Below, one piece after another: positions 52,801 through 64,000 of a stretch of 64,000 bases of DNA (position 1 is its first letter; each line of letters starts with the position of its first letter). A program made the position numbers and the translations under genes. The DNA comes from Auanema rhodensis (lineage: Eukaryota; Animalia; Nematoda). Location: contig OZ059897.1 in NCBI GenBank assembly GCA_964057225.1, positions 20,212,001 to 20,276,000 on the forward strand, in the 5' to 3' direction. Under the pieces are notes generated by a model. The model saw nothing but the letters and a program-made list of their open reading frames with translations, did not search any database and was not told where the DNA came from.

Positions 52801-55800
52801 ATTTTGACAAAAATTTTTTCGAAAAATTTCAAAATAATTTAGCAAAAAGTAGATGTTTTTAGATTCCTTTTTTCAAGGCAAAGACAATGGACCATGTTAT
52901 TCAACGAAAAAATTAATTCTTCAGGGTGAAAATCGAGGATATAAGTGTGAACTTATATCAGTTGATATCTCGGTGCATTTTTAAGCTAGCGCAAATCTGA
53001 TAACACAGATCAACGCAGCTTAAAAATCCGCATCGAATGCACTATACTACATTAAGAAACGCTTAGTACAAAAATTAGTTATGATCGTTTGAAAAATGAT
53101 GCATTAGTGTATGTTGAGTTTCCATGTACACTCAACATTGCTTCCAAAAACATTTTGACAAAAATTTTTTCGAAAAATTTCAAAATAATTTAGCAAAAAG
53201 TAGATGTTTTTAGATTCCTTTTTTCAAGGCAAAGACGATAAACAATGTAATTCAACGAAAAAATTAATTCTTCAGGGTGAAAATCGAGGATATAAGTGTA
53301 AACTTATATCAGTTGATATCTCGGTGCATTTTTAAGCTAGCGCAAATCTGATAACACAGATCGACGCAGCTTAAAAATCCGCATCGAATGCACTATACTA
53401 CATTGAGAAACGCTTAATACACAAATTAGTTATGATTGTTTGAAAAATGATGCATTAGTATATGTTGAGTTTCCATGTACACTCAACATTGCTTCCAAAA
53501 ACATTTTGACAAAAATTTTTTCGAAAAATTTCAAAATAATTTAGCAAAAAGTAGATGTTTTTAGATTCCTTTTTTCAAGGCAAAGACAATGGACCATGTT
53601 ATTCAACGAAAAAATTAATTCTTCAGGGTGAAAATCGAGGATATAAGTGTGAACTTATATCAGTTGATATCTCGGTGCATTTTTAAGCTAGCGCAAATCT
53701 GATAACACAGATCGACGCAGCTTAAAAATCCGCATCGAATGCACTATACTACATTAAGAAACGCTTAGTACAAAAATTAGTTATGATCGTTTGAAAAATG
53801 ATGCATTAGTGTATGTTGAGTTTCCATGTACACTCAACATTGCTTCCAAAAACATTTTGACAAAAATTTTTTCGAAAAATTTCAAAATAATTTAGCAAAA
53901 AGTAGATGTTTTTAGATTCCTTTTTTCAAGGCAAAGACGATGGACAATGTTATTCAACGAAAAAATTAATTCTTCAGGGTGAAAATCGAGGATATAAGTG
54001 TAAACTTATATCAGTTGATATCTCGGTACATTTTTAAGCTAGCGCAAATCTGATAACACAGATCGACGCAGCTTAAAAATCCGCATCGAATGCTCTATAC
54101 TACATGGAAGAACGCTTAATACAAAAATTAGTTATGATCGTTTGAAAAATGATGCATTAGTGTATGTTGAGTTTCCATGTACACTCAACATTGCTTCCAA
54201 AAACATTTTGACAAAAATTTTTTCGAAAAATTTCAAAATAATTTAGCAAAAAGTAGATGTTTTTAGATTCCTTTTTTCAAGGCAAAGACGATGGACAATG
54301 TTATTCAACGAAAAAATTAATTCTTCAGGGTGAAAATCGAGGATATAAGTGTAAACTTATATCAGTTGATATCTCGGTACATTTTTAAGCTAGCGCAAAT
54401 CTGATAACACAGATCGACGCAGCTTAAAAATCCGCATCGAATGCACTATACTACATGGAAGAACGCTTAATACAAAAATTAGTTATGATCGTTTGAAAAA
54501 TGATGCATTAGTGTATGTTGAGTTTCCATGTACACTCAACATTGCTTCCAAAAACATTTTGACAAAAATTTTTTCGAAAAATTTCAAAATAATTTAGCAA
54601 AAAGTAGATGTTTTTAGATTCCTTTTTTCAAGGCAAAGACGATGGACAATGTTATTTAACGAAAAAATTAATTCTTCAGGGTGAAAATCGAGGATAAAAG
54701 TGTAAACTTATATCAGTTGATATCTCGGTGCATTTTTAAGCTAGCGCAAATCTGATAACACAGATCGACGCAGCTTAAAAATCCGCATCGAATGCACTAT
54801 ACTACATTGAGAAACGCTTAATACAAAAATTAGTTATGATCGTTTGAAAAATGATGCATTAGTGTATGTTGAGTTTCCATGTACACTCAACATTGCTTCC
54901 AAAAACATTTTGACAAAAATTTTTTCGAAAAATTTCAAAATAATTTAGCAAAAAGTAGATGTTTTTAGATTCCTTTTTTCAAGGCAAAGACGATAAACAA
55001 TGTAATTCAACGAAAAAATTAATTCTTCAGGGTGAAAATCGAGGATATAAGTGTAAACTTATATCAGTTGATATCTCGGTGCATTTTTAAGCTAGCGCAA
55101 ATCTGATAACACAGATCGACGCAGCTTAAAAATCCGCATCGAATGCACTATACTACATTGAGAAACGCTTAATACACAAATTAGTTATGATTGTTTGAAA
55201 AATGATGCATTAGTATATGTTGAGTTTCCATGTACACTCAACATTGCTTCCAAAAACATTTTGACAAAAATTTTTTCGAAAAATTTCAAAATAATTTAGC
55301 AAAAAGTAGATGTTTTTAGATTCCTTTTTTCAAGGCAAAGACAATGGACCATGTTATTCAACGAAAAAATTAATTCTTCAGGGTGAAAATCGAGGATATA
55401 AGTGTAAACTTATATCATTTGATATCTCGGTGCATTTTTAAGCTAGCGCAAATCTGATAACACCGATCGACGCAGCTTAAAAATCCGCATCGAATGCACT
55501 ATACTACATTAAGAAACGCTTAATACAAAAATTAGTTATGATCGTTTGAAAAATGATGCATTAGTGTATGTTGAGTTTCCATGTACACTCAACATTGCTT
55601 CCAAAAACATTTTGACAAAAATTTTTTCGAAAAATTTCAAAATAATTCAGCAAAAAGTAGATGTTTTTAGATTCCTTTTTTCAAGGCGAAGACGATGGAC
55701 AATGTTATTCAACGAAAAAATTAATTCTTCAGGGTGAAAATCGAGGATATAAGTGTGAACTTATATCAGTTGATATCTCGGTACATTTTTAAGCTAGCGC

Positions 55801-57212
55801 AAATCTGATAACACAGATCGACGCAGCTTAAAAATCCGCATCGAATGCACTATACTACATGGAAGAACGCTTAATACAAAAATTAGTTATGATCGTTTGA
55901 AAAATGATGCATTAGTGTATGTTGAGTTTCCATGTACACTCAACATTGCTTCCAAAAACATTTTGACAAAAATTTTTTCGAAAAATTTCAAAATAATTTA
56001 GCAAAAAGTAGATGTTTTTAGATTCCTTTTTTCAAGGCAAAGACAATGGACCATGTTATTCAACGAAAAAATTAATTCTTCAGGGTGAAAATCGAGGATA
56101 TAAGTGTAAACTTATATCATTTGATATCTCGGTGCATTTTTAAGCTAGCGCAAATCTGATAACACAGATCGACGCAGCTTAAAAATCCGCATCGAATGCA
56201 CTATACTACATTAAGAAACGCTTAATACAAAAATTAGTTATGATCGTTTGAAAAATGATGCATTAGTGTATGTTGAGTTTCCATTTACACTCAACATTGC
56301 TTCCAAAAACATTTTGACAAAAATTTTTTCGAAAAATTTCAAAATAATTTAGCAAAAAGTAGATGTTTTTAGATTCCTTTTTTCAAGGCAAAGACGATGG
56401 ACAATGTTATTTAACGAAAAAATTAATTCTTCAGGGTGAAAATCGAGGATAAAAGTGTAAACTTATATCAGTTGATATCTCGGTGCATTTTTAAGCTAGC
56501 GCAAATCTGATAACACAGATCGACGCAGCTTAAAAATCCGCATCGAATGCACTATACTACATTAAGAAACGCTTAATACAAAAATTAGTTATGATCGTTT
56601 GAAAAATGATGCATTAGTGTATGTTGAGTTTCCATGTACACTCAACATTGCTTCCAAAAACATTTTGACAAAAATTTTTTCGAAAAATTTCAAAATAATT
56701 TAGCAAAAAGTAGATGTTTTTAGATTCCTTTTTTCAAGGCAAAGACAATGGACCATGTTATTCAACGAAAAAATTAATTCTTCAGGGTGAAAATCGAGGA
56801 TATAAGTGTGAACTTATATCAGTTGATATCTCGGTGCATTTTTAAGCTAGCGCAAATCTGATAACACAGATCGACGCAGCTTAAAAATCCGCATCGAATG
56901 CACTATACTACATTAAGAAACGCTTAGTACAAAAATTAGTTATGATCGTTTGAAAAATGATGCATTAGTGTATGTTGAGTTTCCATTTACACTCAACATT
57001 GCTTCCAAAAACATTTTGACAAAAATTTTTTCGAAAAATTTCAAAATAATTTAGCAAAAAGTAGATGTTTTTAGATTCCTTTTTTCAAGGCAAAGACGAT
57101 GGACAATGTTATTTAACGAAAAAATTAATTCTTCAGGGTGAAAATCGAGGATAAAAGTGTAAACTTATATCAGTTGATATCTCGGTGCATTTTTAAGCTA
57201 GCGCAAATCTGA
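49842..57212. repeat. Higher-order duplication: M143-M150 (49842-52649) recur as M156-M163 (54405-57212), offset 13 monomers (4563 bp)
   Basis: Same haplotype order and same rare markers (m109A, m7C, m191C at 51085/55648, m126T, m66G). Confidence 0.87.
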
Positions 57213-59029
57213 TAACACAGATCGACGCAGCTTAAAAATCCGCATCGAATGCACTATACTACATTGAGAAACGCTTAATACAAAAATTAGTTATGATCGT
57301 TTGAAAAATGATGCATTAGTGTATGTTGAGTTTCCATGTACACTCAACATTGCTTCCAAAAACATTTTGACAAAAATTTTTTCGAAAAATTTCAAAATAA
57401 TTTAGCAAAAAGTAGATGTTTTTAGATTCCTTTTTTCAAGGCAAAGACGATGGACAATGTTATTCAACGAAAAAATTAATTCTTCAGGGTGAAAATCGAG
57501 GATATAAGTGTAAACTTATATCAGTTGATATCTCGGTACATTTTTAAGCTAGCGCAAATCTGATAACACAGATCGACGCAGCTTAAAAATCCGCATCGAA
57601 TGCACTATACTACATGGAAGAACGCTTAATACAAAAATTAGTTATGATCGTTTGAAAAATGATGCATTAGTGTATGTTGAGTTTCCATGTACACTCAACA
57701 TTGCTTCCAAAAACATTTTGACAAAAATTTTTTCGAAAAATTTCAAGATAATTTAGCAAAAAGTAGATGTTTTTAGATTCCTTTTTTCAAGGCAAAGACG
57801 ATGGACAATGTTATTTAACGAAAAAATTAATTCTTCAGGGTGAAAATCGAGGATAAAAGTGTAAACTTATATCAGTTGATATCTCGGTGCATTTTTAAGC
57901 TAGCGCAAATCTGATAACACAGATCGACACAGCTTAAAAATCCGCATCGAATGCACTATACTACATTGAGAAACGCTTAATACAAAAATTAGTTATGATC
58001 GTTTGAAAAATGATGCATTAGTGTATGTTGAGTTTCCATGTACACTCAACATTGCTTCCAAAAACATTTTGACAAAAATTTTTTCGAAAAATTTCAAAAT
58101 AATTTAGCAAAAAGTAGATGTTTTTAGATTCCTTTTTTCAAGGCAAAGACAATGGACCATGTTATTCAACGAAAAAATTAATTCTTCAGGGTGAAAATCG
58201 AGGATATAAGTGTAAACTTATATCATTTGATATCTCGGTGCATTTTTAAGCTAGCGCAAATCTGATAACACAGATCGACGCAGCTTAAAAATCCGCATCG
58301 AATGCACTATACTACATTAAGAAACGCTTGATACGAAAATTAGTTATGATCGTTTGAAAAATGATGCATTAGTGTATGTTGAGTTTCCATGTACACTCAA
58401 CATTGCTTCCAAAAACATTTTGACAAAAATTTTTTCGAAAAATTTCAAAATAATTTAGCAAAAAGTAGATGTTTTTAGATTCCTTTTTTCAAGGCAAAGA
58501 CAATGGACCATGTTATTCAACGAAAAAATTAATTCTTCAGGGTGAAAATCGAGGATATAAGTGTAAACTTATATCATTTGATATCTCGGTGCATTTTTAA
58601 GCTAGCGCAAATCTGATAACACAGATCGACGCAGCTTAAAAATCCGCATCGAATGCACTATACTACATTAAAAAACGCTTAATACAAAAATTAGTTATGA
58701 TCGTTTGAAAAATGATGCATTAGTGTATGTTGAGTTTCCATGTACACTCAACATTGCTTCCGAAAACATTTTGACAAAAATTTTTTCGAAAAATTTCAAA
58801 ATAATTTAGCAAAAAGTAGATGTTTTTAGATTCCTTTTTTCAAGGCAAAGACGATGAACAATGTTATTCAACGAAAAAATTAATTCTTCAGGGTGAAAAT
58901 CGAGGATATAAGTGTGAACTTATATCAGTTGATATCTCGGTACATTTTTAAGCTAGCGCAAATCTGATAACACAGATCGACGCAGCTTAAAAATCCGCAT
59001 CGAATGCACTATACTACATGGAAGAACGC

Positions 59030-61965
59030 TTAATACAAAAATTAGTTATGATCGTTTGAAAAATGATGCATTAGTGTATGTTGAGTTTCCATGTACACTC
59101 AACATTGCTTCCAAAAACATTTTGACAAAAATTTTTTCGAAAAATTTCAAAATAATTTAGCAAAAAGTAGATGTTTTTAGATTCCTTTTTTCAAGGCAAA
59201 GACGATGGACAATGTTATTCAACGAAAAAATTATTTCTTCAGGGTGAAAATCGAGGATATAAGTGTGAACTTATATCAGTTGATATATCGGTGCATTTTT
59301 AAGCTAGCGCAAATCTGAGAACACAGATCGACGCAGCTTAAAAATCCGCATCCAATGCACTATACTACATTAAGAAACGCTTAATACAAAAATTAGTTAT
59401 GATCGTTTGAAAAATGATGCATTAGTGTATGTTGAGTTTCCATGTACACTCAACATTGCTTCCAAAAACATTTTGACAAAAATTTTTTCGAAAAATTTCA
59501 AAATAATTTAGCAAAAAGTAGATGTTTTTAGATTCCTTTTTTCAAGGCAAAGACGATGGACAATGTTATTCAACGAAAAAATTAATTCTTCAGGGTGAAA
59601 ATCGAGGATATAAGTGTAAACTTATATCAGTTGATATCTCGGTACATTTTTAAGCTAGCGCAAATCTGATAACACAGATCGACGCAGCTTAAAAATCCGC
59701 ATCGAATGCACTATACTACATGGAAGAACGCTTAATACAAAAATTAGTTATGATCGTTTGAAAAATGATGCATTAGTGTATGTTGAGTTTCCATGTACAC
59801 TCAACATTGCTTCCAAAAACATTTTGACAAAACTTTTTTCGAAAAATTTCAAAATAATTTAGCAAAAAGTAGATGTTTTTAGATTCCTTTTTTCAAGGCA
59901 AAGACGATAAACAATGTAATTCAACGAAAAAATTAATTCTTCAGGGTGAAAATCGAGGATATAAGTGTAAACTTATATCAGTTGATATCTCGGTGCATTT
60001 TTAAGCTAGCGCAAATCTGATAACACAGATCGACGCAGCTTAAAAATCCGCATCGAATGCACTATACTACATTGAGAAACGCTTAATACACAAATTAGTT
60101 ATGATTGTTTGAAAAATGATGCATTAGTGTATGTTGAGTTTCCATGTACACTCAACATTGCTTCCAAAAACATTTTGACAAAAATTTTTTCGAAAAATTT
60201 CAAAATAATTTAGCAAAAAGTAGATGTTTTTAGATTCCTTTTTTCAAGGCAAAGACAATGGACCATGTTATTCAACGAAAAAATTAATTCTTCAGGGTGA
60301 AAATCGAGGATATAAGTGTAAACTTATATCATTTGATATCTCGGTGCATTTTTAAGCTAGCGCAAATCTGATAACACCGATCGACGCAGCTTAAAAATCC
60401 GCATCGAATGCACTATACTACATTAAGAAACGCTTAATACAAAAATTAGTTATGATCGTTTGAAAAATGATGCATTAGTGTATGTTGAGTTTCCATGTAC
60501 ACTCAACATTGCTTCCAAAAACATTTTGACAAAAATTTTTTCGAAAAATTTCAAAATAATTTAGCAAAAAGTAGATGTTTTTAGATTCCTTTTTTCAAGG
60601 CAAAGACGATGGACAATGTTATTCAACGAAAAAATTATTTCTTCAGGGTGAAAATCGAGGATATAAGTGTGAACTTATATCAGTTGATATATCGGTGCAT
60701 TTTTAAGCTAGCGCAAATCTGAGAACACAGATCGACGCAGCTTAAAAATCCGCATCGAATGCACTATACTACATTAAGAAACGCTTAATACAAAAATTAG
60801 TTATGATCGTTTGAAAAATGATGCATTAGTGTATGTTGAGTTTCCATGTACACTCAACATTGCTTCCAAAAACATTTTGACAAAAATTTTTTCGAAAAAT
60901 TTCAAAATAATTTAGCAAAAAGTAGATGTTTTTAGATTCCTTTTTTCAAGGCAAAGACGATGGACAATGTTATTCAACGAAAAAATTAATTCTTCAGGGT
61001 GAAAATCGAGGATATAAGTGTAAACTTATATCAGTTGATATCTCGGTACATTTTTAAGCTAGCGCAAATCTGATAACACAGATCGACGCAGCTTAAAAAT
61101 CCGCATCGAATGCACTATACTACATGGAAGAACGCTTAATACAAAAATTAGTTATGATCGTTTGAAAAATGATGCATTAGTGTATGTTGAGTTTCCATGT
61201 ACACTCAACATTGCTTCCAAAAACATTTTGACAAAACTTTTTTCGAAAAATTTCAAAATAATTTAGCAAAAAGTAGATGTTTTTAGATTCCTTTTTTCAA
61301 GGCAAAGACGATAAACAATGTAATTCAACGAAAAAATTAATTCTTCAGGGTGAAAATCGAGGATATAAGTGTAAACTTATATCAGTTGATATCTCGGTGC
61401 ATTTTTAAGCTAGCGCAAATCTGATAACACAGATCGACGCAGCTTAAAAATCCGCATCGAATGCACTATACTACATTGAGAAACGCTTAATACACAAATT
61501 AGTTATGATTGTTTGAAAAATGATGCATTAGTGTATGTTGAGTTTCCATGTACACTCAACATTGCTTCCAAAAACATTTTGACAAAAATTTTTTCGAAAA
61601 ATTTCAAAATAATTTAGCAAAAAGTAGATGTTTTTAGATTCCTTTTTTCAAGGCAAAGACAATGGACCATGTTATTCAACGAAAAAATTAATTCTTCAGG
61701 GTGAAAATCGAGGATATAAGTGTAAACTTATATCATTTGATATCTCGGTGCATTTTTAAGCTAGCGCAAATCTGATAACACCGATCGACGCAGCTTAAAA
61801 ATCCGCATCGAATGCACTATACTACATTAAGAAACGCTTAATACAAAAATTAGTTATGATCGTTTGAAAAATGATGCATTAGTGTATGTTGAGTTTCCAT
61901 GTACACTCAACATTGCTTCCAAAAACATTTTGACAAAAATTTTTTCGAAAAATTTCAAAATAATT
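59030..61965. repeat. Tandem 4-mer (1404-bp) higher-order duplication
   Basis: Rare markers repeat at 1404 bp: m1G 59319/60723, m164C 59833/61237, m7C 60378/61782. Boundaries approximate. Confidence 0.87.
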
Positions 61966-64000
61966 CAGCAAAAAGTAGATGTTTTTAGATTCCTTTTTTC
62001 AAGGCGAAGACGATGGACAATGTTATTCAACGAAAAAATTAATTCTTCAGGGTGAAAATCGAGGATATAAGTGTGAACTTATATCAGTTGATATCTCGGT
62101 ACATTTTTAAGCTAGCGCAAATCTGATAACACAGATCGACGCAGCTTAAAAATCCGCATCGAATGCACTATACTACATGGAAGAACGCTTAATACAAAAA
62201 TTAGTTATGATCGTTTGAAAAATGATGCATTAGTGTATGTTGAGTTTCCATGTACACTCAACATTGCTTCCAAAAACATTTTGACAAAAATTTTTTCGAA
62301 AAATTTCAAAATAATTTAGCAAAAAGTAGATGTTTTTAGATTCCTTTTTTCAAGGCAAAGACAATGGACCATGTTATTCAACGAAAAAATTAATTCTTCA
62401 GGGTGAAAATCGAGGATATAAGTGTAAACTTATATCATTTGATATCTCGGTGCATTTTTAAGCTAGCGCAAATCTGATAACACAGATCGACGCAGCTTAA
62501 AAATCCGCATCGAATGCACTATACTACATTAAGAAACGCTTAATACAAAAATTAGTTATGATCGTTTGAAAAATGATGCATTAGTGTATGTTGAGTTTCC
62601 ATTTACACTCAACATTGCTTCCAAAAACATTTTGACAAAAATTTTTTCGAAAAATTTCAAAATAATTTAGCAAAAAGTAGATGTTTTTAGATTCCTTTTT
62701 TCAAGGCAAAGACGATGGACAATGTTATTTAACGAAAAAATTAATTCTTCAGGGTGAAAATCGAGGATAAAAGTGTAAACTTATATCAGTTGATATCTCG
62801 GTGCATTTTTAAGCTAGCGCAAATCTGATAACACAGATCGACGCAGCTTAAAAATCCGCATCGAATGCACTATACTACATTGAGAAACGCTTAATACAAA
62901 AATTAGTTATGATCGTTTGAAAAATGATGCATTAGTGTATGTTGAGTTTCCATGTACACTCAACATTGCTTCCAAAAACATTTTGACAAAAATTTTTTCG
63001 AAAAATTTCAAAATAATTTAGCAAAAAGTAGATGTTTTTAGATTCCTTTTTTCAAGGCAAAGACAATGGACCATGTTATTCAACGAAAAAATTAATTCTT
63101 CAGGGTGAAAATCGAGGATATAAGTGTGAACTTATATCAGTTGATATCTCGGTGCATTTTTAAGCTAGCGCAAATCTGATAACACAGATCGACGCAGCTT
63201 AAAAATCCGCATCGAATGCACTATACTACATTAAGAAACGCTTAGTACAAAAATTAGTTATGATCGTTTGAAAAATGATGCATTAGTGTATGTTGAGTTT
63301 CCATGTACACTCAACATTGCTTCCAAAAACATTTTGACAAAAATTTTTTCGAAAAATTTCAAAATAATTTAGCAAAAAGTAGATGTTTTTAGATTCCTTT
63401 TTTCAAGGCAAAGACGATGGACAATGTTATTCAACGAAAAAATTAATTCTTCAGGGTGAAAATCGAGGATATAAGTGTAAACTTATATCAGTTGATATCT
63501 CGGTACATTTTTAAGCTAGCGCAAATCTGATAACACAGATCGACGCAGCTTAAAAATCCGCATCGAATGCACTATACTACATGGAAGAACGCTTAATACA
63601 AAAATTAGTTATGATCGTTTGAAAAATGATGCATTAGTGTATGTTGAGTTTCCATGTACACTCAACATTGCTTCCAAAAACATTTTGACAAAAATTTTTT
63701 CGAAAAATTTCAAAATAATTTAGCAAAAAGTAGATGTTTTTAGATTCCTTTTTTCAAGGCAAAGACGATGGACAATGTTATTTAACGAAAAAATTAATTC
63801 TTCAGGGTGAAAATCGAGGATAAAAGTGTAAACTTATATCAGTTGATATCTCGGTGCATTTTTAAGCTAGCGCAAATCTGATAACACAGATCGACGCAGC
63901 TTAAAAATCCGCATCGAATGCACTATACTACATTGAGAAACGCTTAATACAAAAATTAGTTATGATCGTTTGAAAAATGATGCATTAGTGTATGTTGAGT

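Larger units (their letters stand above)
1..64000. repeat. Tandem satellite DNA array, 351-bp AT-rich monomer, ~182.3 copies, runs off both window ends (probable centromeric/pericentromeric heterochromatin)
   Basis: TAACACAGATCGACGCAGC recurs at 1, 352, 703 ... 7021 (20x351+1) and 14041. After a 1-bp deletion it recurs at 21060, 28080 ... 63180, 63531, 63882. Copies differ by only a few substitutions; no inversion or insertion seen. The centromeric label is inference from architecture only. Confidence 0.98.

Noticed and set aside
1-64000. CRISPR array
   Set aside because: No unique spacers: the entire 351 bp repeats. No cas genes.
1-64000. Coding tandem repeat, since 351 = 117 codons
   Set aside because: The ORF track shows nothing longer than 63 aa in any frame, so no frame stays open through a monomer.
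1-64000. Pure assembly or rolling-circle amplification artefact
   Set aside because: Monomers carry linked, position-structured haplotypes rather than identical copies or random errors. Individual duplicated blocks still need read confirmation.

Overview
The whole 64 kb is one uninterrupted head-to-tail array of a 351-bp, AT-rich satellite monomer (about 31% GC by hand count of 1-351). It holds 182 complete copies plus a 119-bp partial copy, all in the same orientation, with only one indel seen (a 350-bp copy at 20710-21059). I see no credible genes, RNA genes, transposon insertions or CRISPR spacers. The four 63-aa ORFs arise from a TAG->CAG substitution in one duplicated monomer variant. 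The architecture is typical of eukaryotic centromeric, pericentromeric or heterochromatic satellite DNA, but I do not recognise the family or organism. Points of interest: (i) each monomer carries several dyad symmetries, including a 67-bp imperfect hairpin across the monomer junction and a 9-bp stem whose loop polymorphism stays GNRA; (ii) common variants cluster in one half of the monomer while the A-tract half is nearly invariant; (iii) monomer haplotypes change in zones along the array and form short, variable-period higher-order repeats (2- to 15-mer offsets). 'mNNN' means position within the monomer as phased at window base 1. 'M' numbers are monomer indices: Mn starts at 1+351(n-1) for n<=60 and at 351(n-1) for n>=61. 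All counts are by eye.
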